Below are positions 63,401 to 64,000 of a stretch of DNA of 64,000 nt, piece after piece; position 1 is the stretch's first letter, and each line of letters starts with the position of its first letter. Where the stretch lies: NCBI GenBank assembly GCA_046563655.1, contig CM102284.1, forward strand, positions 9,114,001 to 9,178,000, in the 5' to 3' direction. Source of the stretch: Yuukianura sp. NJ FZ-2021 (taxonomy: Eukaryota). The notes under the pieces were generated by a model. The model saw only the letters and a list, made by a program, of their open reading frames with translations. It searched no databases and was not told the DNA's origin. The position numbers and the translations under genes are program-made.

Positions 63401-64000
63401 CAGATTAATTAACTAACGATAAGTTAGTTAATTGATATACTTATCTAATTCTTAACCAACTAACGCAATTGTAAAGTATTTTGTTCCATTTAACGAATTG
63501 TGTCAAATCGTTTAGCGTTCGTACATTTTTGGTAAACAAAAGTAGGAAGTAGGTCTACAGGCATTCCTCTTGTGTTGTTCATCCTTCTGCTGCCAATTTG
63601 ATGATTTCATGTGTCAAAATTTTAAAATTTGAACCAAACCAATTTTTTTTCAAAAACCACGAGTGAAACCACATGAATTTGGTGAAAACGCACTGATCCG
63701 TTAAAGCATAAAAAAGCTAACTAGAAATATGAAACCACCGCTGTGACCCACACGGTGACAACTGCTGTTCATACTAAACTGATGGTGACTCTCTAAAAAT
63801 TGAGTGTCGATGTCACGGTGGAGTGGGTCCCACCCATGTCCCACGTCTTTTGATTAACAAATATTCCTTTTCAATGCTATTCTAATGTTCGGTGTATTGT
63901 CCTCCACCAAAACCCAGTAATTAGTAACTGTAGGATGAATGAAAACCCCACCCTTAACGTGTATCGTCTGTGGACCCACTGAAGTTGTGAGTCGTGACAC

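Overview
Gene-dense, AT-rich eukaryotic genomic DNA with short (about 55-110 nt) spliceosomal introns. Gene content (steppke-type cytohesin, miniature/papillote-type ZP protein, ST6Gal-type sialyltransferase, TTAGG repeat) indicates an arthropod; a collembolan or other basal hexapod is my guess, not proven. Twelve spliced protein genes can be assembled by hand: carboxylesterase (partial, -), divergent RACK1 paralog (-), extended cytohesin ARF-GEF (-), ATP11-type P4-ATPase (-), GT29 sialyltransferase (+), IWS1 (+), NOMO (-), GAK/auxilin lacking PTEN-C2 (-), CDKL kinase (+), small Cys-rich GPI-type protein (+), ZP-domain protein (+) and CCDC42/CFAP73-like protein (+). Introns hold non-autonomous DNA transposons, including a 1.55-kb hAT-type element that carries a 20-copy palindromic 35-bp satellite and a TTAGG tract inside a GC-AG intron. 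The most interesting candidate signals are UGA-C stop-codon readthrough in CDKL, an intact but highly diverged RACK1 copy, RFX X-boxes upstream of both ciliary genes, tandem perfect IR1 (EcRE-type) elements behind the ZP gene, and strong enrichment of the DR1 13-mer TGACCTTTGACCT. All gene models and family calls are from manual reading and remembered motifs; no database search was run.
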